Shown here in pieces: positions 36,515 to 46,316 of a stretch of DNA of 64,000 bases; within the stretch, counting starts at the first letter, position 1, and the number at the start of each line of letters is the position of its first letter. The stretch covers positions 323,492 to 387,491 of the forward strand of contig CAWHEU010000018.1 in assembly GCA_963828465.1 (NCBI GenBank), read 5' to 3'. Origin of the DNA: an uncultured Acidobacteriota bacterium. Its GTDB lineage: Bacteria > Actinomycetota > Acidimicrobiia > Spongiisociales > ZC4RG35. The notes under the pieces were generated by a model, which saw only the letters and a list, made by a program, of their open reading frames with translations, did not search any database and was not told where the DNA came from. The position numbers and the translations under genes were made by a program.

Positions 36515-37369
36515 TCAGCCCGCGTCGCCGACCAGGCCCAACTCGTGGCGGAACAGATACCTGTCGGCCAGGTAGTTGAGGATGCGCCGGGCCTCGGTGA
36601 ACCGGTCGGCGACTGTTCGCAAGAAAGTCGGGCCGGTCGAGATCGTCCCATTGCACTCGTCGACCGAGCGCCGGTACCAACCGGCACCAGCCACCTCCAT
36701 GAAATGCAGGGCCTGCTCTTCGACGAGTGCCTCGGTGGGGCCGAGTACCGCCGATTGGGCCAGCCACTCCCGTTGAGACGGCGTGTACGGATGCCTGGCG
36801 GTGTGGTCGGGCATCACCCCACTCAGGAAAAGGGCGACATCCCCAAGTCGTCGGTATCCACCCGGTCTCTCGGCCGGCGGCAAGAGCTCCACCATCTCAG
36901 CGAGGGCGACCGGATCGAGCTCGCTGAATCGCCGACGCCGTGGGCCATCGTGGGTCTGCACCACGAAGCTTCCGCTCGCGACCGTTGTGAATGAGTTGAG
37001 GATTTCGATCAGGAAGTACCGACGAGCACCGTCATCGAGGAAATGGCGCAGTGGCTCGACGTCGAAGACGGGAAGGCGCTTTCCGGGAGCTGCCCACTCC
37101 GGGACGTAACTGGCGTCATGCAGGTCGCTCGCCGATCGGTTCACCAGAGCGGCAAAGGCGAGGAATGAAGACGCCCCCGGTTCGGCCAGATCGCTGGAGC
37201 GATCGAAGATCGTGTCGAAGAGCCGGCGAGACGCCAGAAGCTCGTCGATCACCTCTGGGCGCTCCAGCATGCGCTGCTTCAAGGCCTCGTCACCGGTCCC
37301 GGCAGTCGCTGCCAGCAGCTCGAAGTCCCGTTGGCTGAGATGCTCCAGATAGAGCAGTGGATAGTTCAT
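36515..37369 (-). CDS. Conserved-looking hypothetical protein
   Basis: 284 aa globular ORF with RRLGDVALFLSG motif. Confidence 0.75.
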   Translation of the reverse strand: MNYPLLYLEHLSQRDFELLAATAGTGDEALKQRMLERPEVIDELLASRRLFDTIFDRSSDLAEPGASSFLAFAALVNRSASDLHDASYVPEWAAPGKRLPVFDVEPLRHFLDDGARRYFLIEILNSFTTVASGSFVVQTHDGPRRRRFSELDPVALAEMVELLPPAERPGGYRRLGDVALFLSGVMPDHTARHPYTPSQREWLAQSAVLGPTEALVEEQALHFMEVAGAGWYRRSVDECNGTISTGPTFLRTVADRFTEARRILNYLADRYLFRHELGLVGDAG

Positions 37370-37486
37370 ATCGCACCCTGCCGACCTTCCGGTCCGGGCT
37401 TTTGGCCCGGCCCCTGCTGGTTCAGTTCACTCTAAGAATCGGCATGGAGAACGAGTGGGATCAACGGGTCGATCGGCTCATCTTCC

Positions 37487-38527
37487 TCAGACGGCGGCGA
37501 ACCACCCCATGGCCCCGCGTTCCGCCAGCCAATGCTGGTGCGGATGGAACATGTATCGCCCGACGGTGGGCAGCGTGAACTCGAGCATCGCCCGCTGGGC
37601 CATACCGAGGACGATGGTGTCCTCCCGGGAGGAGGGTTGCTTTCCCATGCCCGCCGGATAGACGTCGAAGGTCTCTGCGTGGAGATGGAACGACGCCAGG
37701 GGCTCGTGCTCCAGCATGTTGACCAGATAGAGCCGGACCGGCTCACCCACCGGGACCTTGATCGGATGGTGGTGGTAGAAGCCGGCCACCCCGTTCCAGG
37801 CCACGATGCCGTTCCGGCCGATTCGGTCGTCGGAGAACCCGGAGAGGACCAGGGCAACCTCGGTGGCCGGTGGCCGCCCGCCTGGCGGATCGACGATCAG
37901 CATGCCATAGAGACCGCGGGCAATGTGCTCGGCCAGTGGGGCGGTGTGACAGTGATAGGGATGCAGCCCGGCCGGTCCTGCGGTGATCTCGTATGTTGTC
38001 TCGCCCCCGGGTGGCACCGGTTCCCAGCCGTCCTGCTCGGGCCGATGCGACCCGTGGAAGTGGATGTTGTGCGGGTTGCCGGTGTGGTTCTCGAAATGGA
38101 TCCGGAGGACGTCGCCCTCTTTAGCCCGCAGGATCGGGGCCGGCACGGTCCCGTTATAGGTCCACGCCTCGACATGGGCACCGGAGCCCACCTCGATGAG
38201 GCGCTCTTCGACCGCGATCTTGATGTCACGCACCGAGCCTGGTGGCATGCTGTGGGGTGGCGCGGGGAAGGTGAGCCCATCGAGGGCATCGGGACCCAGC
38301 CCGGCAGGTGGCGAATAGATGTCGCCGTACAGATCCGGGGCGCCCTGCTCGTGCATGGTGGAGTGCCCCACCAGACCTGGGTTGGCGTAGTCGGTCTCGG
38401 CCGCCTGAGCCTGATGCTGGACGGTGTGACCGAGAACCGAGCCACCCAGGAAGACCGCCCCGCCGAGGCCGGCCTTCTTCAGCAGCTCACGACGGGACAG
38501 ACCGTCCTTCGATTCAGACGATGCCAC
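37487..38527 (-). CDS. Tat-exported two-domain multicopper oxidase
   Basis: SRRELLK Tat signal; HNIHFH, HCH...HIARGL, FHLH, FHPH copper motifs; start approximate. Confidence 0.88.
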   Translation of the reverse strand: MASSESKDGLSRRELLKKAGLGGAVFLGGSVLGHTVQHQAQAAETDYANPGLVGHSTMHEQGAPDLYGDIYSPPAGLGPDALDGLTFPAPPHSMPPGSVRDIKIAVEERLIEVGSGAHVEAWTYNGTVPAPILRAKEGDVLRIHFENHTGNPHNIHFHGSHRPEQDGWEPVPPGGETTYEITAGPAGLHPYHCHTAPLAEHIARGLYGMLIVDPPGGRPPATEVALVLSGFSDDRIGRNGIVAWNGVAGFYHHHPIKVPVGEPVRLYLVNMLEHEPLASFHLHAETFDVYPAGMGKQPSSREDTIVLGMAQRAMLEFTLPTVGRYMFHPHQHWLAERGAMGWFAAV

Positions 38528-40163
38528 CGATGACCATCCCGAGACCGAGAAACAGCAGGTACACGGCCAGGCCACCGGCCATGAAGACCCATCGCTGCCA
38601 GGCGGGGATCGTGCTCTTGCCGAATATGAAATAGGCCACCACGCCCAGGAAGGGGATGACCAGGATCCCGGCCATCCAAGCGATCGTCTTTGCCCGGCTG
38701 AGGTCTTCCCGACGGGAGAGGTCCAAAAGGGCAAGGACCACCCAGGAGGTATAGAGGACCAGGGGCAGGACATAGGCATAGAGCCCGAAGAACACCCCGG
38801 CGGCCGAGGCGAAACTCACACCCATGACGTTGATTCCTTTCTGCTGGGTGACTTCCAAATCCGACGGCATCTCCGGGACACCGATGCTCTCGATGTCGGG
38901 CTGGGACCCGGCGAACACGTCGACCGCCGGGCTAACTGGCGCCTCGGCGCCCTCCGGCATGTTCTCCTGCGGCCCGGGATGGGCAAGCGAGGCGATGTCG
39001 ACCTGGGGCTGGAGGTCGAGCCCGCTCTCGAAGAGACGACCCAGTTGTGCGGTGGTCGACCCGATCTCGAACAACGCGGGGAGGCGAAGACCCTCACAGG
39101 GTTGCTTGATCTCCAGGGCTGCGGGAAGCGTCGTTGAGAACTCGTTGTCCTCGAAGCAGTTGCCCGATGACGCCGGGCCACCCAGGGTCAGATCGGCGAG
39201 ACCCGACCCCTCGACGACGTTCTCCACGACCTGGTGGTCGTATGACATGTAGAAGTTGTCGTCGAGCATGGGGAAGATGGCGATGCCGCTCAATGGGTGG
39301 TTGAACACGCGGTTCCTCGCCACGTACGAGTCCCCGCCGCCGGCGAGGAGGATGCCGTTGCCCTGCGCCGCCCACTCGAAGGCCAGAGCGGGGGCGTCGA
39401 CGTTCCCGTTGTCGTGCACCAGATTGCCCACCACCGTCACGTTGTGGAACGGTGGCAGCAACTCCCCGTCGAGGGTGTTGGGTGCGACCCCGGCGACGTT
39501 GTGTCGGAAGATCGAATTGACGATGTAGAGGTCGGATGAGGCATTGGTGCCGGAGTAGCCCAGACCGTTCCATTCCGAGATCGAGTCGGTGATCGTGGCC
39601 TGGCACGGGTCGCATTGCCCGATATAGAAACCTGCGTCGGGTGACCCCGATGCGTAGGAATGATCGAAGAGCCCATCGCCGGAGTCGAACGCGTAGATCC
39701 CGTAGACGGCGTTGTTGACCGCGGTCAGATACGACCCCCGGTAGCCGCGGACACCGCTCCAGAAGAAGCCATTGGAGGTGTTGTTGATGGCGGTCATGTT
39801 CTCCACCGCTACCCCGTCGGCAAAGAGGACGCTCACGCCATTGGGCCGCTGAAACTCGCCATCGATCACCACCTCGTTCCGATCGACCCCGCGCAGAGTA
39901 AGCCCGGGTGTCGTCACCTCGACCTGCTCGCGATAGGTCCCGCGGTCGATCAAGATCAGGTCTCCGGGGGCAGCGGCGTCGACCGCCGCCTGGATCGTCG
40001 GATAATCCTGGGGTACGAGTCTCGTCTCCCCCGACCACTCGGAAGGTGACTCGGTCGCGGGGTCACCCACGGCGGCGGGCGATGGCTCGCCTTCCGGTGG
40101 CCCGGCGCAGGCTGCCAGAGTGAGGGCGGTTCCCGCTATCAGCAGGAGCCGGCCCTTCGTCAT
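38514..40163 (-). CDS. Right-handed parallel beta-helix lipoprotein (NosD-like) with C-terminal PLDc_N-like membrane domain
   Basis: LAAC lipobox, VPQDYPTIQAAVDAA, Asn-ladder repeats, WMAGILVIPFLGVVAYFIFG. Confidence 0.82.
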   Translation of the reverse strand: MTKGRLLLIAGTALTLAACAGPPEGEPSPAAVGDPATESPSEWSGETRLVPQDYPTIQAAVDAAAPGDLILIDRGTYREQVEVTTPGLTLRGVDRNEVVIDGEFQRPNGVSVLFADGVAVENMTAINNTSNGFFWSGVRGYRGSYLTAVNNAVYGIYAFDSGDGLFDHSYASGSPDAGFYIGQCDPCQATITDSISEWNGLGYSGTNASSDLYIVNSIFRHNVAGVAPNTLDGELLPPFHNVTVVGNLVHDNGNVDAPALAFEWAAQGNGILLAGGGDSYVARNRVFNHPLSGIAIFPMLDDNFYMSYDHQVVENVVEGSGLADLTLGGPASSGNCFEDNEFSTTLPAALEIKQPCEGLRLPALFEIGSTTAQLGRLFESGLDLQPQVDIASLAHPGPQENMPEGAEAPVSPAVDVFAGSQPDIESIGVPEMPSDLEVTQQKGINVMGVSFASAAGVFFGLYAYVLPLVLYTSWVVLALLDLSRREDLSRAKTIAWMAGILVIPFLGVVAYFIFGKSTIPAWQRWVFMAGGLAVYLLFLGLGMVIGGIV

Positions 40164-40540
40164 TCGGCGGCTGGCCCCACGACGAGCGTGCCAGCCATCC
40201 CGTCTCCATCGGCATTGCCGTGGAACGTGCAGAAGAAGGGGTACTCGCCTGGCTCGTCGAAGGTGAGAACCGCCTCATCGCCCTCGAGTTGCTCGAGACT
40301 GCCGAACACATCCTCCGTAGACCAGGAGCTGTCGGCGGCAACCGCGTTGTGAGGGTTGCGGCCCGCGCCGACGAAGGTGACTGTCCCGCCCACGGTGACA
40401 TTGACCTCTGTGAACTCATATCTGTTGTCGAACATATCCACCACGACGGCGTCGCCGGAAATGGACTCGCCTCCATCTTCCCCGCCGCCACAGGCGAAGA
40501 CGGCGAGCAGCCCGAGGAGCCCGATCAGAGAGCGGCGCAT
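40160..40540 (-). CDS. Plastocyanin/azurin-family blue copper lipoprotein
   Basis: VFAC lipobox, PHN, FFCTFH...GMAG type-1 Cu ligands. Confidence 0.9.
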   Translation of the reverse strand: MRRSLIGLLGLLAVFACGGGEDGGESISGDAVVVDMFDNRYEFTEVNVTVGGTVTFVGAGRNPHNAVAADSSWSTEDVFGSLEQLEGDEAVLTFDEPGEYPFFCTFHGNADGDGMAGTLVVGPAAE

Positions 40541-40541
40541 C

Positions 40542-41099
40542 TTATTTCTCCCGTCGTCCGAACAAACCGGTGAACCAGCTCCAAAATGAGGCGAAAAACA
40601 GGGAGACCCCCTGCACCTCGCCCGCTTCTATCGATGACGCCTCTGCCACTGTCTCAGCGCTGAGTTTGCCCTCGAGACACTGGACGAACTCACCGATCAG
40701 GCGCTTCGACATCTCGTTGATGAGACCGGTGCGGCCGAACTGGGCAACGGGCCCGGAAAGCGTCACGTCGGCGTCGATCCCGACCTTGGACCCGGTGCCC
40801 TCGGGTGCGATCTGGTACGACACCCTGACCTGGCCCCGGGAGCCGCCGCTGCGGTCGACGCCCTTTCCCTCGATCAGGGCGCCCTTGGACCCGGGATCGG
40901 GGGTGACCGTCGCCTTGCCCTCGAAAGATGCGGCCATCGGCCCCAGCTTCACCGACAGCTTCCCGTCGTAGGAGCCATCGTCGGCCTTGCCCAGCAGCTC
41001 CGCCCCGGGCAGGCACTGTGCCACCGAGGGGATGTCCTGGAAGAACTCCCAAACCCGGTCGGGAGCGCGGCCCACCGTGAACTCGTGCTCGATCTTCAT
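40542..41099 (-). CDS. SRPBCC/CoxG family protein
   Basis: VAQCLPGAEL, VKLGP, SGPVAQFGR. Confidence 0.85.
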   Translation of the reverse strand: MKIEHEFTVGRAPDRVWEFFQDIPSVAQCLPGAELLGKADDGSYDGKLSVKLGPMAASFEGKATVTPDPGSKGALIEGKGVDRSGGSRGQVRVSYQIAPEGTGSKVGIDADVTLSGPVAQFGRTGLINEMSKRLIGEFVQCLEGKLSAETVAEASSIEAGEVQGVSLFFASFWSWFTGLFGRREK

Positions 41100-41155
41100 C
41101 GTCCTCCTGCAGCCTGAAGCGGGGACGAACGGTAGTGATCGGCGGGGCCGTATCC

Positions 41156-41635
41156 CTAACGGTGCTCGGTATCGCCGGCGAGGAGATCGAGGGCGTGCGG
41201 CACGAGGTCCAGGATGGCCTCCAATCCCTCCACCGACCCCTTGGTGGACCCGGGCAGGTTGACGACGAGCGTCGATCCGATCGACCCGGCCTTGGCCCTG
41301 GAGAGCGCCGCCATCGGGGTCGATTCGAGACCCTTCGACATCATCACATGCGTCAATCCGGGCGACTCGCGCTCCAACACCAGGGCGGTGGCCTCGGGAG
41401 TCACGTCCCGCGGGCCGAAGCCTGTTCCACCTGTGGTGAGGACCAGTCTCGCTACCGACGCAGCGTCGTGTATGGCCGAGACGATCGCTTTCTCCTCGTC
41501 GGGCACGACTGAGCGCCCGACGGTGTAGCCGGCATCAGACAGGATCCGGGTCAGAGCCTCACCGGACAGGTCGTCACGGACTCCGGCGGCGACACCGTCG
41601 CTCACCGTGATCACGTGGGCGGTGGTCGCCGTCAA
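41156..41635 (-). CDS. MogA/MoaB molybdenum cofactor biosynthesis protein
   Basis: VITVSD, TTGGTGFGPRDVTPEAT, VNLPGS; TTG start overlapping upstream stop. Confidence 0.9.
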   Translation of the reverse strand: MTATTAHVITVSDGVAAGVRDDLSGEALTRILSDAGYTVGRSVVPDEEKAIVSAIHDAASVARLVLTTGGTGFGPRDVTPEATALVLERESPGLTHVMMSKGLESTPMAALSRAKAGSIGSTLVVNLPGSTKGSVEGLEAILDLVPHALDLLAGDTEHR

Positions 41636-42478
41636 CCCCACAGGACGGGGTTGACCGACACTCCGCCACGGAGCACGAGTTGCTCGAAGAGGAGGATTAC
41701 GACCAGGGTTACGCCCAGTCCCCAGGGCCATGGCGTCTCTCGAAGCTCTTCAGGCCCGTGGACGGTCGTGGTCCCGTGTGCCGCAGCGAGCGTCGCCAGG
41801 AAGATCACTGCCGTCAGGGGAAGGGCTGGCACCACGCCACTCCCGGCGTCGGGCACGAAAAACGGGATGGACAGGAAAACCGCCGCAATCGCCGGTACGA
41901 GTGCAATCCAGAAGGCGAAGGTGATGCGCTTTCTCCCGGTGGAGATCAACTTGTCGTGTGGCGTGAACGCCAGGAAGGCGGCTGCCGCTGAAAGCGCCAC
42001 GAGAAGCAGGCCGACCGCACCCCCGGCGGACAGCACGTACTCGAGCCCGGCCGGCGCTTCGAGAGTCTGATACGCCAGAGCGAGGGGGCTATCGGCATCG
42101 AACGGGACCATGACCGCCTGCACGAAGGCCTGCCTGAGCAGATGGAGGACCATCCACAGGAGGGTCAGGCGTGCCACTCCATGGTCGCCGCGCCGTTGGA
42201 TAGGAAAAGAGTGCGAAGAAACCGACGATCAGGCAGAGGAGGAAGCCACCGGCCCAGACGAGGTCTGAGGAGACGCCGGTGATCTCGACCCGGTTGTTGT
42301 AGATGACAGCGTTGCCACCCAGGATCAGGGCCAGGATGCCGTCACCGAGGTCATCGACGAACTGCGCGACGACGATCCCCAGGGTCGACCCCAGGGCCGA
42401 TGCCACAACGAGGGAAGGGCCGATTCTCTTGATGGTCTCGGTTGTCAGAGGCCCCGAGACGGTTGCTTCAGCAGTCAC
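41632..42478 (-). CDS. Hypothetical multi-TM protein, split by a frameshift near 42190
   Basis: Two overlapping hydrophobic ORFs (42089-42478, 41632-42177) that join into one protein. Confidence 0.65.
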
Positions 42479-42544
42479 AGACGGTCATCCTAAATGAGGG
42501 TCATATGCACGATCAGATAGGTGATCGGCAGGTAATCGAGGGTT

Positions 42545-42799
42545 CTAAATGGCGACGATGAGAGTTCCGATCATCCAGATCACCAGCAATCCGATCGAGA
42601 CGAGGAGGACCGGCGTGGTCCTTCGCCAATTGAGGCCAGACCAGATCGCTATGAGCAGCAAACCTACTGCCATCACGATGCTCCACCACGGCGGTACCAG
42701 GCCGGCGACGGCCCCGCCGACTACCAGAATCGCCACTAACGCCAGGCACCCGGCGGCCACCAGGGCGTAGAGGACCTGTCTCGGGCTCGGCTCACTCAC
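42545..42799 (-). CDS. Small membrane protein
   Basis: GTG overlaps mug stop; three hydrophobic segments. Confidence 0.65.
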   Translation of the reverse strand: MSEPSPRQVLYALVAAGCLALVAILVVGGAVAGLVPPWWSIVMAVGLLLIAIWSGLNWRRTTPVLLVSIGLLVIWMIGTLIVAI

Positions 42800-43359
42800 A
42801 ACAGTCCTGCCGCTTCTCCAACCCGGCGATACCACTGGCCCAGAGACTCGATCGTCTCATGGGCGTTCAGGCCACTCGGGTTGGGCACCACCCACAGTCG
42901 AGCATCACCTATCGCCTCTGGTTGCTCTCCGAGGACTGCCCGGGGTCGGTCGAATGCGGTGCGGTACGCGGTGAGCCCCGCAACGGCAGCTACAACCGGC
43001 TTCACCTCGGCCACAACGGCCGCCAGACGTCCCGCCCCCTCACGCAGCTCGGTTCGGCCCAACTCCGACGCCCGAACCGTCGCTCTGCGGACGAGGTTTG
43101 TGATTCCGATCCCCCTCCGCTCCAGTAGCTCCTTCTCTTCCGGGCTCATCCCCGTAGATGTGTCAATCGACCAGTCGATTAGGCCAGCCTCGCGCAGCGC
43201 CGGATAGAAGCGGTTGGAGGGATGGCAGAAATGTGTGTTCGTCGCCGCGGTCCACAACCCCGGGTTGATCCCGACGAAGAGCAGCCGGACATGAGGGCCG
43301 AGTAGATCGTCAACTGTCTTGCCCTGGAAAGCCTCGAGTTGCTCCCTGGTGAAACCCAT
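42796..43359 (-). CDS. mug: Mismatch-specific uracil/thymine DNA glycosylase
   Basis: FVGINPG, HPSNRFY, VPNPSGLN. Confidence 0.92.
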   Translation of the reverse strand: MGFTREQLEAFQGKTVDDLLGPHVRLLFVGINPGLWTAATNTHFCHPSNRFYPALREAGLIDWSIDTSTGMSPEEKELLERRGIGITNLVRRATVRASELGRTELREGAGRLAAVVAEVKPVVAAVAGLTAYRTAFDRPRAVLGEQPEAIGDARLWVVPNPSGLNAHETIESLGQWYRRVGEAAGLL

Positions 43360-43375
43360 CGATCGGATCGACCCG

Positions 43376-44299
43376 TCAGTCCGTCGGGAGCCAGGGAGGT
43401 GGGGGCGCGTCGATTCGAGACAGCTTGGAGGAAACCGGGCCGAAGCGGTCGAGGTCGTGGTCCTGCCACGCCTTCCAGGCATGGGTGATCTCCTCCTTGC
43501 TCCGCGCAACGAAGTTCCACCACATCTCGATCGGCTCGCCCAAGGGCTCACCTCCGAGGACCAGGAAGCGGGTCTCGTCTCCGGCCCCCTCGATCGGGAG
43601 GGTCTCGGCGCCAGGAGGCACCAGGGCGAGCCAACCCGGCTCGACGATGGCGTCCTCCACCTTCAACTTGTGGTTGATCGGGATCACGGCGTACTCGAAA
43701 CCAGCATCGGCAGGGATCTCGATCCGCCGCCCGAGGAGGGTGACATCGAGGCCGACCGTCGCCCAGTCGACCTCGGCGGGCGACCGATTTCCGTCGAGCT
43801 CGCCGATCATCACCTTCGCCTCCGCAGCAGGGAGGTACGCCACCGGCAAATCCGGGATGTGCTCGAACCTCGAACTGCCATGTCTTGTCTCTTCGGGCTG
43901 GGCCAGCCACATCTGCACTCCGTGAATCCCTTCCGAGGTCCCCAATTCGGCATGTGCGATGCCGTTGCCTGCCGACATCAGATTCAGCTGCCCGGGTCTG
44001 ATCGCCTGTTCGCTGCCCAGTGAATCGGTGTGCAGCGCTTCGCCCTCGAGCAACCAGGTAACGGTCGACAGACCGGTGTGGGGATGTGGGCCGACCTCCA
44101 GGGGATGAGGATCATCGAAGTCGGGGGGCAAGATCAGGTCTACGAAGCACCACGGGCCTACGGTCCTCCGCCCCTTGGTGGGCAGGACCCTGCTGATCGG
44201 CACACCGCCGACCGTGGTCGACCGACCCTCACGGACCTCGATGCGTGCGAGGGGTCCCTGTTGGACTGAGGCGTCGACGGGTTGGACGGGTCCGCTCAA
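43376..44299 (-). CDS. Pirin family protein
   Basis: GPHPHTGL, MSAGNGIAHAE, MWWNFV. Confidence 0.93.
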   Translation of the reverse strand: MSGPVQPVDASVQQGPLARIEVREGRSTTVGGVPISRVLPTKGRRTVGPWCFVDLILPPDFDDPHPLEVGPHPHTGLSTVTWLLEGEALHTDSLGSEQAIRPGQLNLMSAGNGIAHAELGTSEGIHGVQMWLAQPEETRHGSSRFEHIPDLPVAYLPAAEAKVMIGELDGNRSPAEVDWATVGLDVTLLGRRIEIPADAGFEYAVIPINHKLKVEDAIVEPGWLALVPPGAETLPIEGAGDETRFLVLGGEPLGEPIEMWWNFVARSKEEITHAWKAWQDHDLDRFGPVSSKLSRIDAPPPPWLPTD

Positions 44300-44326
44300 G
44301 TGCGCTCCCCGGATCTTGGAGTCGAT

Positions 44327-44941
44327 CTACTTCTTTTGACTCTGGTAGTACGGGTCTTCGCCGGAGGCATGATCGGTGACATCCACGACCTGGGACAATG
44401 CGGGGATGGACTCGAGAAGAATCCGCTCGATTCCCTGCTTCAGGGTGACCTGGGCGAGACCGCAACCCTGGCAACCGCCGAATAGACGCAGATAGGCAAT
44501 GGTGCCGTCGACAGAGACCAACTCGGCGCCACCCCCGTGGGCTGCGATAGCCGGGTTCACCTGCTCTTTGATGACCTGCTGCACCTGATCGACGAGTGGG
44601 CCTGAAAGGTCTCCTCCCGGAGCCGACATCGGTGGGGGCGCCGGGCTGTTCGGGTTGTTCATCGATAGACCCTGATCGGTCAGCTCGAGTGCTGCGCCAT
44701 CCAGCTTCTCCGTGTCGTCCTCTGGGAAGATCAGGGCCAGTCCGTCATGTCTCTCCGTGACCCAGCCCTCCTTCTTGTCGTCGAGGGCGACGAAGGCGAG
44801 CTCATAGGTGAACTGAGGGCCACGGAACCCCGTCACCTCGATGGACAGGGCGAACTCCCCGTCCCCAGGCTCCTGATCCCTCAATTGAAGGATCATGTCC
44901 AGGGCATCGGGAGCGACGCTGAGAACGGTGTCGTCTGACAT
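44327..44941 (-). CDS. nfuA: NfuA/NifU-family Fe-S carrier
   Basis: VNPAIAAHGG, GGCQGC, VTDHASGEDPYY. Confidence 0.9.
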   Translation of the reverse strand: MSDDTVLSVAPDALDMILQLRDQEPGDGEFALSIEVTGFRGPQFTYELAFVALDDKKEGWVTERHDGLALIFPEDDTEKLDGAALELTDQGLSMNNPNSPAPPPMSAPGGDLSGPLVDQVQQVIKEQVNPAIAAHGGGAELVSVDGTIAYLRLFGGCQGCGLAQVTLKQGIERILLESIPALSQVVDVTDHASGEDPYYQSQKK

Positions 44942-44991
44942 CTGTCAAGATGGTACTTGGTCGCTCGATTCAATCCAGCGCCCACCGCCCC

Positions 44992-46191
44992 ATGCCCACT
45001 GTGATCGTCCTCCTTCCCAGTACCACCTATCGCGCTGCCGACTTCGTGCGCGCCGCCGAAGGGCTCGGCGTCGACCTGATAGTCGCCTCGGAGAACCCGC
45101 CGCCTTTCGACATGGGTGATCGCTATCTCCAGGTGGATTGCTCGGATCCGGACCTCGCTGCCGAGGCGATCGTCCGCATCGGTGATGACGCCCCGATCGA
45201 CGGCGTCGTGGCCGCCGACGATGCCGGAGTGGTGGCCGCCGCCATAGCGGGCAGAAAGCTGGGCGTCCGTGCCAACGATCCCGAGGCTGCCGCCGCCACG
45301 CGTGACAAAGGCCGGCAACGCGCTCTGCTTCGGGCAGCCGAGGTGCCCCAGCCGAGGTTCGAGGCGATTTCACCCGGCGACGACGGAGTGCAGGCCGCAG
45401 CAAGCGTTGGATACCCCCTCGTGATAAAGCCAGTGGACCGGGCTGCCGGCCAAGGGGTGATGCGGGTTGACCAAGCCTCTGATCTGTCGACGGCGGTATC
45501 GCGAGTGCGCTCTATCGCCGGCGAAGGAGCGCCCCTCCTCGTCGAGGAGTTCATGCCAGGGGTCGAGGTAGCGCTGGAGGGTCTGGTGCGCGACGGGGAA
45601 TTGACCACTCTCGCCATTTTCGACAAGCCCGACGCGGTAGAGGGCCCCTTCTTCCCGGAGACGATCCTCGTGACGCCGAGTCGCCTCGACGAGAAGACCC
45701 AGGCCGAGTGCCGCCGGGTATCAGCGGCGGCATTGGCCGCCATCGGCATCAGCCACGGTCCGGTCCACGTCGAGATGAAGGTCGATGGCACCTTGGTCCG
45801 CGTCATCGAAGTCGCAGCCAGATCGATCGGCGGCCTTTGTTCACGTAGCTTGAACTTCGGCTTGCTCGGCACCACTTTGGAGACGCTGATCCTCCGCAAT
45901 GCCATCGGCATGGAGAAGCCGGAGCTACGTCGGGAGCCGATAGCCAGCGGAGTGCTCATGATCCCGATCCCGCGACCGGGGACCTTCACCGGCATCGAGG
46001 GCCTTGAGCAAGTGCGCGAGCTCGAGATGATCTCCGCCATCGACATCACGGCCACTCCGGGTAGCCAGGTGCAACCCCCGCCGGAGGGCGACCGGTACCT
46101 CGGCTTCGTCTTCGCCAAGGGACCGGATCGGGAGACGGTCGAGGCCTCGCTGCGTCAGGCGCGGGACCTCATCGAGGTAACAGTCGCATGA
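44992..46191 (+). CDS. ATP-grasp domain protein
   Basis: GYPLVIKP, VEEFMPGVEVALEG, IEVAARSIGG, PPPEGDRYLGF. Confidence 0.88.
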   Translation: MPTVIVLLPSTTYRAADFVRAAEGLGVDLIVASENPPPFDMGDRYLQVDCSDPDLAAEAIVRIGDDAPIDGVVAADDAGVVAAAIAGRKLGVRANDPEAAAATRDKGRQRALLRAAEVPQPRFEAISPGDDGVQAAASVGYPLVIKPVDRAAGQGVMRVDQASDLSTAVSRVRSIAGEGAPLLVEEFMPGVEVALEGLVRDGELTTLAIFDKPDAVEGPFFPETILVTPSRLDEKTQAECRRVSAAALAAIGISHGPVHVEMKVDGTLVRVIEVAARSIGGLCSRSLNFGLLGTTLETLILRNAIGMEKPELRREPIASGVLMIPIPRPGTFTGIEGLEQVRELEMISAIDITATPGSQVQPPPEGDRYLGFVFAKGPDRETVEASLRQARDLIEVTVA

Positions 46192-46316
46192 CCGGCCCAA
46201 TGTCCGTCACCGCCGGCGCAGCAGTTTGTCCAGTATCCACACGCCGAGAGGGTCTCAACCTCTACTTGACGGTTAGTGCTTACCCGCGAAAGCGCGCGTA
46301 AGACGATTTTGTCATT

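Noticed and set aside
46192-46316. TPP riboswitch upstream of thiN
   Set aside because: No CTGAGA or other TPP aptamer core sequences
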